This document shows positions 19,674 through 29,171 of a stretch of DNA of 64,000 bases, piece by piece. The position numbers and the translations under genes were made by a program. Below the pieces are notes generated by a model. That model was not told where the DNA came from. It did no database searches and was given only the letters and a program-made list of their open reading frames with translations. This DNA comes from an uncultured delta proteobacterium (GTDB taxonomy: Bacteria > Desulfobacterota > Binatia > DP-6), in contig CAWFFN010000009.1 in assembly GCA_963815115.1 (NCBI GenBank), forward strand, positions 736,001 to 800,000, given 5' to 3'. Within the stretch, counting starts at the first letter, position 1; the number at the start of each line of letters is the position of its first letter.

Positions 19674-20867
19674 CTAGCCGAGCGCCGAGGCAATCGCGGC
19701 CAGCGCGCGGTCGGCCTCCGCATCGCGCAGCACCAGCGGGGGAGCCAGGCGGACGACCGTGTCGCTGTGCAGCGTCCAGTTGAGGATCAGCCCCCGCTGC
19801 CACGCCTGGCGGACGAAGCGATCGCACGCGCCGGCGTCGGCGAACGCGAGCCCGAGGAGCAGGCCGATGCCGCGCACCCCCGCCAGGCCGCCGCGCCCCA
19901 CCAGCGCGCGCAGGCGGCGCAGCATCTCCTCTCCGAGCGCGGCGGCGCGCTCGACGAGACGATCGCGCAGCAGGATGTCGAGCGCCGCCAATCCCGCCGC
20001 GCAGGAGACGGGATGGCCGCCGAACGTCGTGACGTGGGCGAGCGGCGGGTTCTCGCCGAGGGTGCGCATGAGCGCCGGAGCGCCGACGAACGCTCCCAGC
20101 GGAAGCCCGCCCCCCAGAGCCTTCGCCAGCACGAGGAGGTCGGGAACCACGCCCCAGTGCTGGTGGCCGAAGAGGCGCCCGGTCCGTCCGAACCCGGTGA
20201 CCACCTCGTCGAACACGAGGAGCGCGCCGACCGCGTCGCAGCGCCGCCGGAGCGCGGCGAGGAAGTCGCTTCCCGGGACGCGTACGCCGGCTTCCGCCTG
20301 CACCGGCTCGACGATGACCGCGGCGGTGCGCTCGTCGATGCCCGCGAGGGCGCCGACGTCATCGAAGGGCAGCAGGTCGACCCCTGGCAGCAGCGGTTCG
20401 AACGGCCGCCGGTAGAGCGCGTTGCCGCCGACCGAGAGCGCGCCCCAGGTATCTCCGTGGAAGCCTCCATCGAAGGCCACGAAGCGGGGCCTTCCCGTCG
20501 CCTTGCGCGCCGTCTTGAGCGCGCCGTCGACGGCCTCCGCGCCACTCGACGTGAAGTAGACGGTGGAAAGCGGCGGCGGCAGCAGGCCGGCGAGCTGCGC
20601 CGCCAGGCGCACCTGGGCTTCCTGCACGAACTCGCCGTAGACCATGACGTGCAGGTGGCGAGCCGCCTGCGCCGTCACCGCGGCCACCACCTCGGGGTGC
20701 GCGTGCCCGACGTTGGCGACGCCCATGCCGGCGAGCAGGTCCAGGTACTCGCGTCCCTCGACGTCGCGGACCACCGCACCCCGGGCGTCGGCGACGACGA
20801 GGCCCATCGGTGCGGACGACGTCTGGCAGACGTGACGCAGGAAGAGGGCGCGCAGGTCGTCGCTCAT
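19674..20867 (-). CDS. Class III PLP aminotransferase (acetylornithine/putrescine aminotransferase-like)
   Basis: Start MSDDLR with ATGA coupling; SGAEA, FHG, EPVQAEAG, FDEV.TGFGRTG, AKALGGG, TTFGGHP. Confidence 0.92.
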   Translation of the reverse strand: MSDDLRALFLRHVCQTSSAPMGLVVADARGAVVRDVEGREYLDLLAGMGVANVGHAHPEVVAAVTAQAARHLHVMVYGEFVQEAQVRLAAQLAGLLPPPLSTVYFTSSGAEAVDGALKTARKATGRPRFVAFDGGFHGDTWGALSVGGNALYRRPFEPLLPGVDLLPFDDVGALAGIDERTAAVIVEPVQAEAGVRVPGSDFLAALRRRCDAVGALLVFDEVVTGFGRTGRLFGHQHWGVVPDLLVLAKALGGGLPLGAFVGAPALMRTLGENPPLAHVTTFGGHPVSCAAGLAALDILLRDRLVERAAALGEEMLRRLRALVGRGGLAGVRGIGLLLGLAFADAGACDRFVRQAWQRGLILNWTLHSDTVVRLAPPLVLRDAEADRALAAIASALG

Positions 20868-22048
20868 GCGGGCTCGATCTCCAGCTCCGGGGGCGCCGGC
20901 AGGCCGAGCAGGGTCCGCAGCGGCGCGCGCTGGCCGCGGGGCCACGACAGGCGAGGCCGCTGCATGCGGCCCGGCGCGCAGACCCGCGCCACGCCGAGCC
21001 GGCGGAGCGTCTCGACGTCCGGCTGGATGCCGGAGAGGCCGACGCACTCGACGGCGTGCGGCGGGATCATGTCGCGCAGCGACCCGAGCGGGCGGATCCA
21101 CACCGTCCGCCGTCCCGGCGCCGTGAGGGACGTCCGGTCGTTGCCCACCAGGACGGTTCCTCCGACACCGGCGAGCACGGTGGCGCCGGCCCACTCGGCC
21201 TGGGCGACGGCCGCACGATGGGCGCCGCGCTCCTCGATCTCCAGCGGTCCGGGCGGCAGCGTTCCGCCGAGAGCGTCCAGCGCTGCGGCCAGGCGCTCGG
21301 CGAAGGCATGCGTGTCTCCTTCGACGTACACCGCGTGCGGCGACAGGCAGCCGCGCTGATCGTGCAGGGCCACGTCCATCGCGATCTGCCCGGCGAGCAC
21401 ATCGGCGCCGGCGGACGCCTCGCGGCCGATGACGACGATGCTCGACCGCTCGCCGTGTGCGATGACACGATCGCCGAGACGCCGGGCGAGCGCCGCGAGC
21501 GTCACGTCGTGGCCGGTGGCGACGACGACGTCTGCCTGCCCGAGCGCCGCGCGCTCGCGCTTCTCGTCGCCGCCCGGCCAGTAGGTCGTCACGACGGTCT
21601 CCGCGAGCTCCGCGTCCTCGGCCGCGAGCGCGCGCCGGAAGGCGGTCGCCGAGCACGGATCGGCGCGGCCGGACTTTATCAGCACCGCGGCGCCGGCGAG
21701 GCAGCCGAGCGCGATGGCCGGCAGGGCGAGGGCCGGTACGTTCGAGGCGAGCACGTGCGCGACGAGCCACGGCCGTAGCAGGGGTCCGCCCGTCAGCTCG
21801 CGCTCGACCAGCGCGAGCATGACGTCGACGTCGAGCGCGGCCGCCGCGATGGCGACCCCGGCGTCGACGACGGGCGGCGACAGGCGCGCGACCGGCGGCA
21901 GCTCGTCGTGCAGCGAGGCGTCGTCCCGCCAGCGGGCCGCGGCGGCCGCGAGTGCGGCCGCCACCTGCCGTCGCGGCCGGCGCGCAAGGCAAACGCTCGC
22001 CTCGCGCGCGGCTGCCACCTCGCGCGCCAGCTCGGCGGCAGGGATCAC
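20864..22048 (-). CDS. LuxC-like acyl-CoA/acyl-protein reductase
   Basis: GTGA-coupled start VIPAAEL; HVLASNVP, IKS, TYWPGG and catalytic HDQRGCLSPH. Confidence 0.85.
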   Translation of the reverse strand: MIPAAELAREVAAAREASVCLARRPRRQVAAALAAAAARWRDDASLHDELPPVARLSPPVVDAGVAIAAAALDVDVMLALVERELTGGPLLRPWLVAHVLASNVPALALPAIALGCLAGAAVLIKSGRADPCSATAFRRALAAEDAELAETVVTTYWPGGDEKRERAALGQADVVVATGHDVTLAALARRLGDRVIAHGERSSIVVIGREASAGADVLAGQIAMDVALHDQRGCLSPHAVYVEGDTHAFAERLAAALDALGGTLPPGPLEIEERGAHRAAVAQAEWAGATVLAGVGGTVLVGNDRTSLTAPGRRTVWIRPLGSLRDMIPPHAVECVGLSGIQPDVETLRRLGVARVCAPGRMQRPRLSWPRGQRAPLRTLLGLPAPPELEIEPA

Positions 22049-23107
22049 GGCACCAGGTCCGCGAGCAGCAGCCCGCACCCTCTCGGCGCCGCGTCCGGCA
22101 CGCGCCCGACCACCGCGATGCCGTCGTCGCCCGCGGTGCGACCGAGGTCTTCCGTCAGCACGACGGAGACGGAGCCGGCGTTGGCGAGATCGTGATGGCA
22201 GAGGAGCCCGACGGTGCCCGCGGGCACCGGCGCCAGCGTGTCGGGGTCGAGCACGCGAGTGCGCAGCCAGGGGGGCGCCACCAGCCGGCGCGGCGCCAGG
22301 CTCCGGCCGGCGAACCGATCGCGGAGCACGCTCTCGTAGCGCTGCGAGCAGAGCTCGGTCATACCGTACTCGTTCACGCAGAAGTAGCCGGCCACGCCGA
22401 GCTGCGTCCAGCACGCCCGGAGAAAGCCGGCCCGCGAGAGGGCCCGCGGCATGCCCTTGGCGCCGCCGGTGTCCATCACCCGGCTCGCCGGGCCGAGGCG
22501 AACCGCGGGCGTCGCGGCGAAGAGGCGCACGAAGCCGGCGGTCGGTCCCGCGACCAGCACGGCCTCGCCGCAGGCTTCGAGCTCGCGCAGGCGGTCGGCC
22601 AGCCGGCGGAGATCGAGCCCGTCCGCGCCGCCGAACCACTCGGCGTCGGTCCCGCTCTCGGCAGCGATCCACTCGCACATGCGCACGAGGGAGGACTCGG
22701 GCCGTTGCGGCGGCGGCGGAAGGAGGAACAGCGCCGGCAGCCTCGCGCCGTCGGGCAGGAGGAAGCGCGCGAAGGTGGTCAGGGCCGACGCTCGGTAGAG
22801 GTCGAGGTGGGGCACGAGGTGGCGTCCGCGCGCCTCGGGCCCGCCGCTGGTCCCGCTGGTGCGGAAGACGGCTTCCGGCGGTGCCGCAGGCGAGGTCGGC
22901 GTGCCGGAAGGCCGCCGTCGGCACCGGCGGCACGTCCTGCCACGACCCGACCGTGGCCGGGGTGACGCCGCGGCGCTCGCAGAAGGCGCGATAGGGTGCG
23001 TTGCGCGCGAACTGGTGCGCGAAGACGCGCGCCGCCCAGGCCTCGAACGGGAAGGCGTCGTCGCGGGTGGCCCGGATGACCGCGGCCAGCTCGGCCTCGA
23101 GAGACAC
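22045..23107 (-). CDS. LuxE-like acyl-protein synthetase, with an apparent +1 frameshift near 22881
   Basis: FAHQF..N.PYR.FC..RG and PPVPT.AF in one frame, then EAVFRTSGTSG, NEYGMTEL.SQ.Y, DLAN, TEDLG and PRGC in the next. Confidence 0.82.
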
Positions 23108-23227
23108 GTGGCAGCCTAGGAAGCACGCCCGAGGGTGTCAACGCGTCTCGTGCGGCCGCCGGGCAAAACCGCATCACGGGCTGCGCCGCAGCTTGCCGCC
23201 GCGGAGCCAAAGGGCTACCCATCGCCA

Positions 23228-23575
23228 ATGCCTGCGCCGATTCCCGACAAGTACGAGCTCTATGACCAGGCGGTGGATCTGGTCGCGGACGGCAAGCTGG
23301 ACGATGCGGTCGGACGATATCGCGAGGCAATCGTCGTCGACGCCGACTTCGCCGACGGCTGGCAGGGGCTCGCGCTGGCGCTGAACGACCTCGGGCGGCA
23401 CGCGGAGGCGATCGAGGCGGGAAAGCGTCTCTGCGAGCTCCAGCCCGACGACGTCCTCGCCCACACGACCTTGTCGCGGCTCTACCAGGCGGCCGGCATG
23501 GTTCCGGAAGCCGAGGCCGAGGGCGCCAAGGCGCGCGTGCTCGACTGGAAGCGCCAGCTGAAGGAAGGGGAGTGA
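23228..23575 (+). CDS. Tetratricopeptide repeat protein
   Basis: Helical TPR pattern (G..DDA...Y..A...D.DF.DGW; G...EA). Confidence 0.75.
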   Translation: MPAPIPDKYELYDQAVDLVADGKLDDAVGRYREAIVVDADFADGWQGLALALNDLGRHAEAIEAGKRLCELQPDDVLAHTTLSRLYQAAGMVPEAEAEGAKARVLDWKRQLKEGE

Positions 23576-23859
23576 AGGCGGCGCCCATGAAGGAGCGCAG
23601 TGACGGCGAGATCCTGGCCGGGCTGATCGAGCGCAGCCGGCTGCTGATCGCGCTCTCCGAGGACATCCCCGTCGAGACCAAGCTCGAGACCCAGCCGCTG
23701 CTCAAGCAGCTCGAGCAGCTCCTCGACGCTCCCGACGGCGAGCACGACCTCGAGCGCATCGAGACGACGCACGCCCTGCTGTTCGACACGCTGGCCGACT
23801 ACCCCGATCTCGAGGCGCTGCTCGGTGCCATGCGCCACTTCTTGCCCGGCCCGGCATGA
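23572..23859 (+). CDS. Hypothetical acidic helical protein
   Basis: Start/stop overlaps with both neighbours; coding-like codon usage. Confidence 0.65.
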   Translation: MKAAPMKERSDGEILAGLIERSRLLIALSEDIPVETKLETQPLLKQLEQLLDAPDGEHDLERIETTHALLFDTLADYPDLEALLGAMRHFLPGPA

Positions 23860-25046
23860 GCGCGCTCGCCGGCATCCGCGTCCTCGACCTGACCCGCTTC
23901 CTCGCGGGGCCGTTCTGCACCGCGATCCTCGCCGACCTCGGAGCGGAGGTGGTGAAGATCGAGGCCCCGAAGGGCGGCGACGAGGGACGCTACGGGTATC
24001 CACCGGTCGACGGCGTCCCGGTCTTCTTCCTCGCGCTCAATCGCGGCAAGAAGGGCATCACGCTCGACCTGCGCCAGGACGAGGGCCGCGCGCTGCTCCG
24101 CCGCCTGCTGCCGCACTTCGACGTGCTGGTGGAGAACTTCGCCGGCGGCACGCTCGCGCGCTGGGGCCTTCTTCCCGCCGACCTCTGCCGGGAGCACCCG
24201 CGTCTGATCGTCGCCAGCCTCTCCGGCTTCGGCCAGACCGGTCCGTGGCACGAACGGCCCTCGTACGACATCATCACGCAGGCCGCGAGCGGCTTCATGT
24301 CGCTCACCGGATTCCCGGAGAACCCGCCGACGCGCGGTGGCGGCTCGCTCGGCGACTACGTCCAGGGTCTCTTCGGCGCGATCGGGGTGCTCGCCGCGCT
24401 CTGCGCCCGTGCCAGCACCGGCCGCGGTCAGGCGGTGGACGTGTCGAGCCAGGACGCCATGTTCTCGCTCCTCGACAGCTGGCCCGCGATCTTCGCCGCG
24501 TCCGGCCGCCTGCCGGCGCGCGTGGGGAACCGCCATCTCGGCACCGCTCCGTACGACTGCTATCGCGCCAGCGACGGCTGGGTGGTGATCGCGGTGGCGA
24601 GCAACAAGCTCTTCCGCACGCTCGCCAGTGCCATCGGCCGGCCCGAGCTGGGCGAGGATCCGCGCTTCCGCAGCGTCACGGGCCGCGTCGAGCGCAGCGA
24701 CGAGATCAACGGGATCGTCGGGGCGTGGGTCGGCCAACACACGGTCGAGGAGGTGGTGGCTGCGCTCGGCCCCGGCGGCGCCGGCGTCCCGTGCTCACCG
24801 GTGTACACCGTCGATCAGCTGCTCGGTCACCCGCAGCTGCTGGCGCGCGAGATGATCCGGCGCCTTCCTCATCCGACGCTGGGCGAGGTGGTCGTGCCCG
24901 GCGTGGTGGTGAAGCTGTCCGAGACCCCGGGGGCGGTGAGCCGGCTCGGACCCGAGATCGGTGAGCACACGGCGGAGCTCTACCGCGGGCTGCTCGGACT
25001 CTCCGACGAGGAGCTGGCCGGGCTGAAGACCCGCCAGGTCATCTGA
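23856..25046 (+). CDS. CoA-transferase family III (CaiB/BaiF)
   Basis: L.GIRVLDL...LAGPF....LADLGAEV.KIE, NRGKK, ENF and SGFGQTGP. Confidence 0.95.
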   Translation: MSALAGIRVLDLTRFLAGPFCTAILADLGAEVVKIEAPKGGDEGRYGYPPVDGVPVFFLALNRGKKGITLDLRQDEGRALLRRLLPHFDVLVENFAGGTLARWGLLPADLCREHPRLIVASLSGFGQTGPWHERPSYDIITQAASGFMSLTGFPENPPTRGGGSLGDYVQGLFGAIGVLAALCARASTGRGQAVDVSSQDAMFSLLDSWPAIFAASGRLPARVGNRHLGTAPYDCYRASDGWVVIAVASNKLFRTLASAIGRPELGEDPRFRSVTGRVERSDEINGIVGAWVGQHTVEEVVAALGPGGAGVPCSPVYTVDQLLGHPQLLAREMIRRLPHPTLGEVVVPGVVVKLSETPGAVSRLGPEIGEHTAELYRGLLGLSDEELAGLKTRQVI

Positions 25047-25058
25047 TCGCGACGGTCG

Positions 25059-25376
25059 CTATGGGTTGGCGGGCGCCGCGGCGGCCGCGGTGCGGGCCTT
25101 CTGCAGGTCGGTCTGGCACTGCGTCAGCCGGCCCTCGGTGACGGTGAGCTTGCCCTCGACGTCGACCCGCTTGTTCTTGCAGTCCACCATCGCCTCGTCC
25201 TGCTTGATCACCTGATCGCGCAGGGAGGGCGCTCCCTGCGGCCCGTAGCCGTAGAGCACCCAGCTGGCGAAGAACCCGAAGCCGAAGGTCACCGCCAGCA
25301 CGAGCAGCCGCTGTGTCCAGTTCCACACAGCTTCCTGGACGCGCTTTTTTGCTTCCTCGTCCTCTTGGCTTGCCAA
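25059..25376 (-). CDS. Small single-TM protein with coiled coil
   Basis: SD GGAGG; one TM helix; two Cys in a heptad region. Confidence 0.65.
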   Translation of the reverse strand: MASQEDEEAKKRVQEAVWNWTQRLLVLAVTFGFGFFASWVLYGYGPQGAPSLRDQVIKQDEAMVDCKNKRVDVEGKLTVTEGRLTQCQTDLQKARTAAAAAPANP

Positions 25377-25486
25377 CGGGCACCCCCTCCAGGTTTGCGG
25401 CGCTGCTCATAGCGCCCTTTGCCGGGGCGGTAAAGTGCCCGCGCCGCGGACCGCGCGTGCCCGCCGGAACTCGCGACCGTCCAGGA

Positions 25487-26014
25487 TCAGGCGATGGGCG
25501 CGCCGCGCCGGGTGGTCAGATATTCACGCACCAGCCGCGGGCAGCGGCGCAGCGCCTCGTCCGCGTTGCGAAACGAGGCCTCGTATACCCACTCGCCGTA
25601 CACCCAGGCGTCGAGGGAGGACTCGGCGCCGATCCGGACCTCGACCAGGCGCTCGCCGATCGGATGGGCCGTGATGATCGCCCGCAGCGCCTCGCCCGAG
25701 TCCACCAGCACGCCGCGGCCGCCGGGGGGTACCGGAAGCGCCGCCCGCACCTTCTGGACGCGCGGCTCGGGAACCCGTTCCTTCTCGAGGGTGTGGATGA
25801 TCGCCCAGCCGCCGACGGGAACCTCGACCTCGTTGAACCACTTGAGGTTCAGATCGGTCAGGCGTCGCTGCGCCCGGTCCTGCTCGAAGCCGATGCCGGA
25901 GCGGAAGAAGCGCAACGCCACGCGCGGCTGGTCGATGACCATGCCATGGGCGTCCTTCTGCTGGTCCACCCACCAGCGGTTCTCGAGCCCGGGCCGGTCT
26001 CCCTTGCCACCCAC
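25487..26014 (-). CDS. Hypothetical protein
   Basis: Coding-like C-terminal part of the 477-aa ORF (WWVDQQKD...WVYGEWVYE); start uncertain. Confidence 0.55.
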   Translation of the reverse strand: MGGKGDRPGLENRWWVDQQKDAHGMVIDQPRVALRFFRSGIGFEQDRAQRRLTDLNLKWFNEVEVPVGGWAIIHTLEKERVPEPRVQKVRAALPVPPGGRGVLVDSGEALRAIITAHPIGERLVEVRIGAESSLDAWVYGEWVYEASFRNADEALRRCPRLVREYLTTRRGAPIA

Positions 26015-26074
26015 GCCGGCCAGGCTAGCCGAGCGTTGCCGGCGCGACAACCTTTGGCTACACCATCGGCGCGG

Positions 26075-26875
26075 ATGCAGACCTGGCGGCCGTTCGAGGG
26101 GGAATGGGGTGTGGTGCTGGGCGCCTCGAGCGGCTTCGGTGCCGCCACGGCGCGCGCGCTGGGACGGCACGGGATGAGCATCGTCGGCGTCCATCTCGAC
26201 CGCAAGGCGACGCTTCCGCTCGCCACGGCCGTCGAGGCCGACGTGCGCGCGGCCGGTGCCGAGGCCCATTTCTTCAACGTCAACGCCGCCGACCCCGACA
26301 AGCGCGCCCAGGTGTGCGATCGAGCCCGGGAGCTGACGGGCGGGAAGCCGGTCCGCCTCCTGCTGCACTCGCTCGCGTTCGGCACGCTCAGGCCGTTCGT
26401 GAGCGACGACCGGGCCAAGCAGACGACCAGGCTGCAGCTCGAGATGACCCTCGACGTGATGGCGCACAGCCTCGTCTACTGGGTCCAGGAGCTGCACGGA
26501 CGCGGGCTGCTCGGCGAGGGCAGCCGCGTGTTCGCGATGACCAGCTCGGGTGGCACCCGGGTCATGCCGGCCTACGGCGCGGTGTCGGCGGCCAAGGCGG
26601 CGCTCGAGTCGCACGTGCGCCAGCTGGCGCTCGAGCTGGGCGCCGCGCGCATCACCGTCAACGCCATCCGTGCCGGGGTGACCGACACTCCCGCGTCGCG
26701 CAAGATCCCGGCCGCCGAGCTGCTGTTCCAGGAGGCGGCACGGCGCAATCCCGGCTGCCGCCTGACCGTTCCCGAGGACGTGGCGGGCGCGATCGTCGCG
26801 CTGTCGCTGCCGGGAGCGGCCTGGATCAGCGGGAACGTGATCGGCGTCGACGGCGGTGAGGACGTGACTGCGTGA
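26075..26875 (+). CDS. SDR, enoyl-ACP reductase FabL/FabI-like
   Basis: LGASSGFG; Y-x6-K catalytic motif YGAVSAAK; G.TDT.A..KIP. Confidence 0.85.
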   Translation: MQTWRPFEGEWGVVLGASSGFGAATARALGRHGMSIVGVHLDRKATLPLATAVEADVRAAGAEAHFFNVNAADPDKRAQVCDRARELTGGKPVRLLLHSLAFGTLRPFVSDDRAKQTTRLQLEMTLDVMAHSLVYWVQELHGRGLLGEGSRVFAMTSSGGTRVMPAYGAVSAAKAALESHVRQLALELGAARITVNAIRAGVTDTPASRKIPAAELLFQEAARRNPGCRLTVPEDVAGAIVALSLPGAAWISGNVIGVDGGEDVTA

Positions 26876-27278
26876 GGCGCGCCCGCTCCACCAGCCCCGG
26901 GCGCCGGTGCCCGTTGACACCGCGCACGAAGCGATACGCGAAGGTGTCCGCCTTGCGCTCGGCGTCCGCCCACAGCACGTAGTGCCCCAGCTCGTGGTAG
27001 ACGGTCTGGATCCACTTGCGCTCGGAGTTGTACTTCCGGCCCTTCTTCCAGTTCTCCGGGTGCACGAGGTGGATCTTGCCGTCCTCGTAGCAGCGCCCGG
27101 CCGTCCGGCCCCAGTCGAGGTACTCGTACCAGTCCACCCGGGGGGCCCTCAGGTGGTAGAACCGGCTGAGTGACCGGATCGCGAGCCGGAACTCGGCCTC
27201 GCGATGCTCCCGGAAGAAGTCGGTGAGCTGCCGGTCGATGGCGCGGCGTTCCCGCACGCCAGGAAGGATCATGCGCAT
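26826..27278 (-). CDS. Small basic protein with HExxH zincin motif
   Basis: TVYHELGHY followed by E..AD.FA. Confidence 0.7.
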   Translation of the reverse strand: MRMILPGVRERRAIDRQLTDFFREHREAEFRLAIRSLSRFYHLRAPRVDWYEYLDWGRTAGRCYEDGKIHLVHPENWKKGRKYNSERKWIQTVYHELGHYVLWADAERKADTFAYRFVRGVNGHRRPGLVERARLTQSRPHRRRRRSRSR

Positions 27279-27459
27279 TTGGGTGTTCGCCTTGGCTTGT
27301 GCCAGGGCGCCCGCGCCCCCCCTTCCGGGCGTCCTGAGGGCTCGACACTACCGGCGGCGGAAGTCCCCTGTCAACGCCGATCAGGCCGGATAGAAAGCTG
27401 GCGCTACCAGAGTCGGAACCCCGACGCAAGGCGGCCGTGCGACGGGTGCGGCGCGCGCT

Positions 27460-27705
27460 TCACTCCTTGGGCATCGCCGCCTTGGCCTTCTTGAAGGCCT
27501 CGGCCGCCTCGTCCTGCATGCCGTCCTTCAGCGCCTTGTCGCCGTCGTTGTAGAGCTTGCCGGCCTCGCCGAGATCCTTCCCCTCGGCCTGGGCTTTCTT
27601 GATCCTCGGCAGGAGCTCCTTCTTGAGCTCGATCGCAGTCTGAGCGTGGGCAGCGCCCGCGACGAACGACAGGGCGAGCAGGCAGAGGCCGATGGTGCGG
27701 CGCAT
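27460..27705 (-). CDS. Small secreted helical protein
   Basis: Signal peptide ending AHA-Q; Lys/Ala-rich; SD upstream. Confidence 0.7.
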   Translation of the reverse strand: MRRTIGLCLLALSFVAGAAHAQTAIELKKELLPRIKKAQAEGKDLGEAGKLYNDGDKALKDGMQDEAAEAFKKAKAAMPKE

Positions 27706-27781
27706 GAGAGACCCTCCCCTCCGTAAAGTCCCGCCGAATTACCTGGAGGCCGTCGCAGAGTGCAAGGGGGGACCGGCGCCC

Positions 27782-28258
27782 TCATTCGCCGCCGAGGTGG
27801 CGATACGCGCCCTGAAAGAACAGCAGCGGCCGCCCGCCCCGTGCCTCGGCGTGCCGCACCTCGCCGACGTGGATCACGTGATCGCCGCCCTCGTGCGTCT
27901 CCACGATGCGGCACTCGACCCGCGCCAGCGTGCCCTCGAGCACCGGCACGCCGTCCTCGTTCGTGCTGTAGGGAAGGTCGCCGAACTTGTCGCCGCCCGA
28001 CTTCGCGAAGCGCGTCGACAGCTCGCGCTGGTCCTCGGCCAGGATGTTGACCACGAACAGGCGCGAGTCGAAGAAGTGGGGATGGGTCTCCGCCTTCTTG
28101 TCGATGCAGATGATGAGGAGCGGCGGCTCGAGCGAGAGCGAGGTGACGGCGTTCGCCGTGAGCCCGTAGGGCTGGCCCTTGGAATCCCGCGTGGTGAGGA
28201 CGGTGACGCCGGTGGCGAACAGGCCCATCACGCGCCGGAGCTCCTTCGCATCGAACAT
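27782..28258 (-). CDS. Flavin reductase family protein
   Basis: R..MG.FATGVTV.T, S.SL.PPL and GGDH.I..GEV. Confidence 0.93.
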   Translation of the reverse strand: MFDAKELRRVMGLFATGVTVLTTRDSKGQPYGLTANAVTSLSLEPPLLIICIDKKAETHPHFFDSRLFVVNILAEDQRELSTRFAKSGGDKFGDLPYSTNEDGVPVLEGTLARVECRIVETHEGGDHVIHVGEVRHAEARGGRPLLFFQGAYRHLGGE

Positions 28259-28268
28259 CAGTGCGGTC

Positions 28269-28306
28269 CGAGACTCCGTCTCGAACCGAGACGAAGTCTC
28301 GGTTCG
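28269..28306. repeat. Two adjacent hairpins sharing a CGAGAC-N3-GTCTCG core
   Basis: CGAGAC-tcc-GTCTCG (28269-28283) and CGAACCGAGAC-gaa-GTCTCGGTTCG (28282-28306). Confidence 0.6.
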
Positions 28307-28330
28307 TTGTCCACGCTGCGGCCCCCGCAG

Positions 28331-29161
28331 TCAAACCTTGGAGCGCGGTGGTCCGAGCACCCATCCCCCGCCGCCGGGGTCGCGGTACCAGCCGCCCGCG
28401 GCGTGGGTTCCCCCGTCGACCGGCAGCGTCACGCCGGTCACGTAGCGGGAGAGGTCGGAGGCCAGGAACACGGCGGCGCCGGCGACGTCGGCGGGCTCGC
28501 CCGGCCGGCCCAGTGGAACGATGTCCGCCCAGCGCGTGCGCTCGGCCGGCGGCACCATGGCGGCGAGCCCTTCGGTCAGGCAGATGTCGGGCGCGATCGC
28601 GTTCACGCGGATGCCGTGCGGCGCCAGCTCGAGAGCGAGCGTGCGCGTGAGGCTCACCACGCCCGCCTTGGCGGCGGCGTAGGCGGCGTAGAGCGGGGCG
28701 GCGCGTCCCGCTTCGATGGAGACCACGTTCACGATGCTGCCGCCCCGGCCGGCCGCGATCATGCGGCGCGCGACGAGCTGCGTGCAGTGCATCACCGACT
28801 TGGCGTTCGCGCGCCAGAGCGCATCCCAGCCCTTCTCCTGGCTGTCGATGAACGCGGCCGCGAAGGTGCCGCCCGCGTTGTTCACCAGGACGTCGACGAC
28901 ACCGCCGAACCGGGCGCAGGCGGTCTCGAGCGCCTGACCCACCGCCTCCGGATCGCGGGCATCCGCCGCCAGCGTGAGCGCCGCGCCGCCGCCCGCGGCG
29001 ATCTCCGCCGCGGTTTGCTCGGCGGTCTCCGGGTTCAGGTCGAGCACCGCGACCCGGGCGCCGAACGCGGCCAGCCCCAGCGCGATGCCCTTCCCGATGC
29101 CCGCGCCGGCGCCGGTGACCAGCGCCGCGCGGCCGGCGAGCGATGCGCTGTCCGGCCCCAT
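28331..29161 (-). CDS. Short-chain dehydrogenase/reductase
   Basis: TGAGAGIG, NNAG, YAAAK and VDGG. Confidence 0.93.
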   Translation of the reverse strand: MGPDSASLAGRAALVTGAGAGIGKGIALGLAAFGARVAVLDLNPETAEQTAAEIAAGGGAALTLAADARDPEAVGQALETACARFGGVVDVLVNNAGGTFAAAFIDSQEKGWDALWRANAKSVMHCTQLVARRMIAAGRGGSIVNVVSIEAGRAAPLYAAYAAAKAGVVSLTRTLALELAPHGIRVNAIAPDICLTEGLAAMVPPAERTRWADIVPLGRPGEPADVAGAAVFLASDLSRYVTGVTLPVDGGTHAAGGWYRDPGGGGWVLGPPRSKV

Positions 29162-29171
29162 CGGACCGCGC

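Noticed and set aside
20864-23107. 747-aa ORF as a natural LuxE-LuxC fusion
   Set aside because: The middle is out-of-frame luxE sequence; luxC has its own GTGA-coupled start, so the long ORF results from the frameshift
20864-23107. Bioluminescence (lux) operon
   Set aside because: No luxA, luxB, luxD or luxG in the cluster; the flavin reductase at 27782 is separate and of a common family
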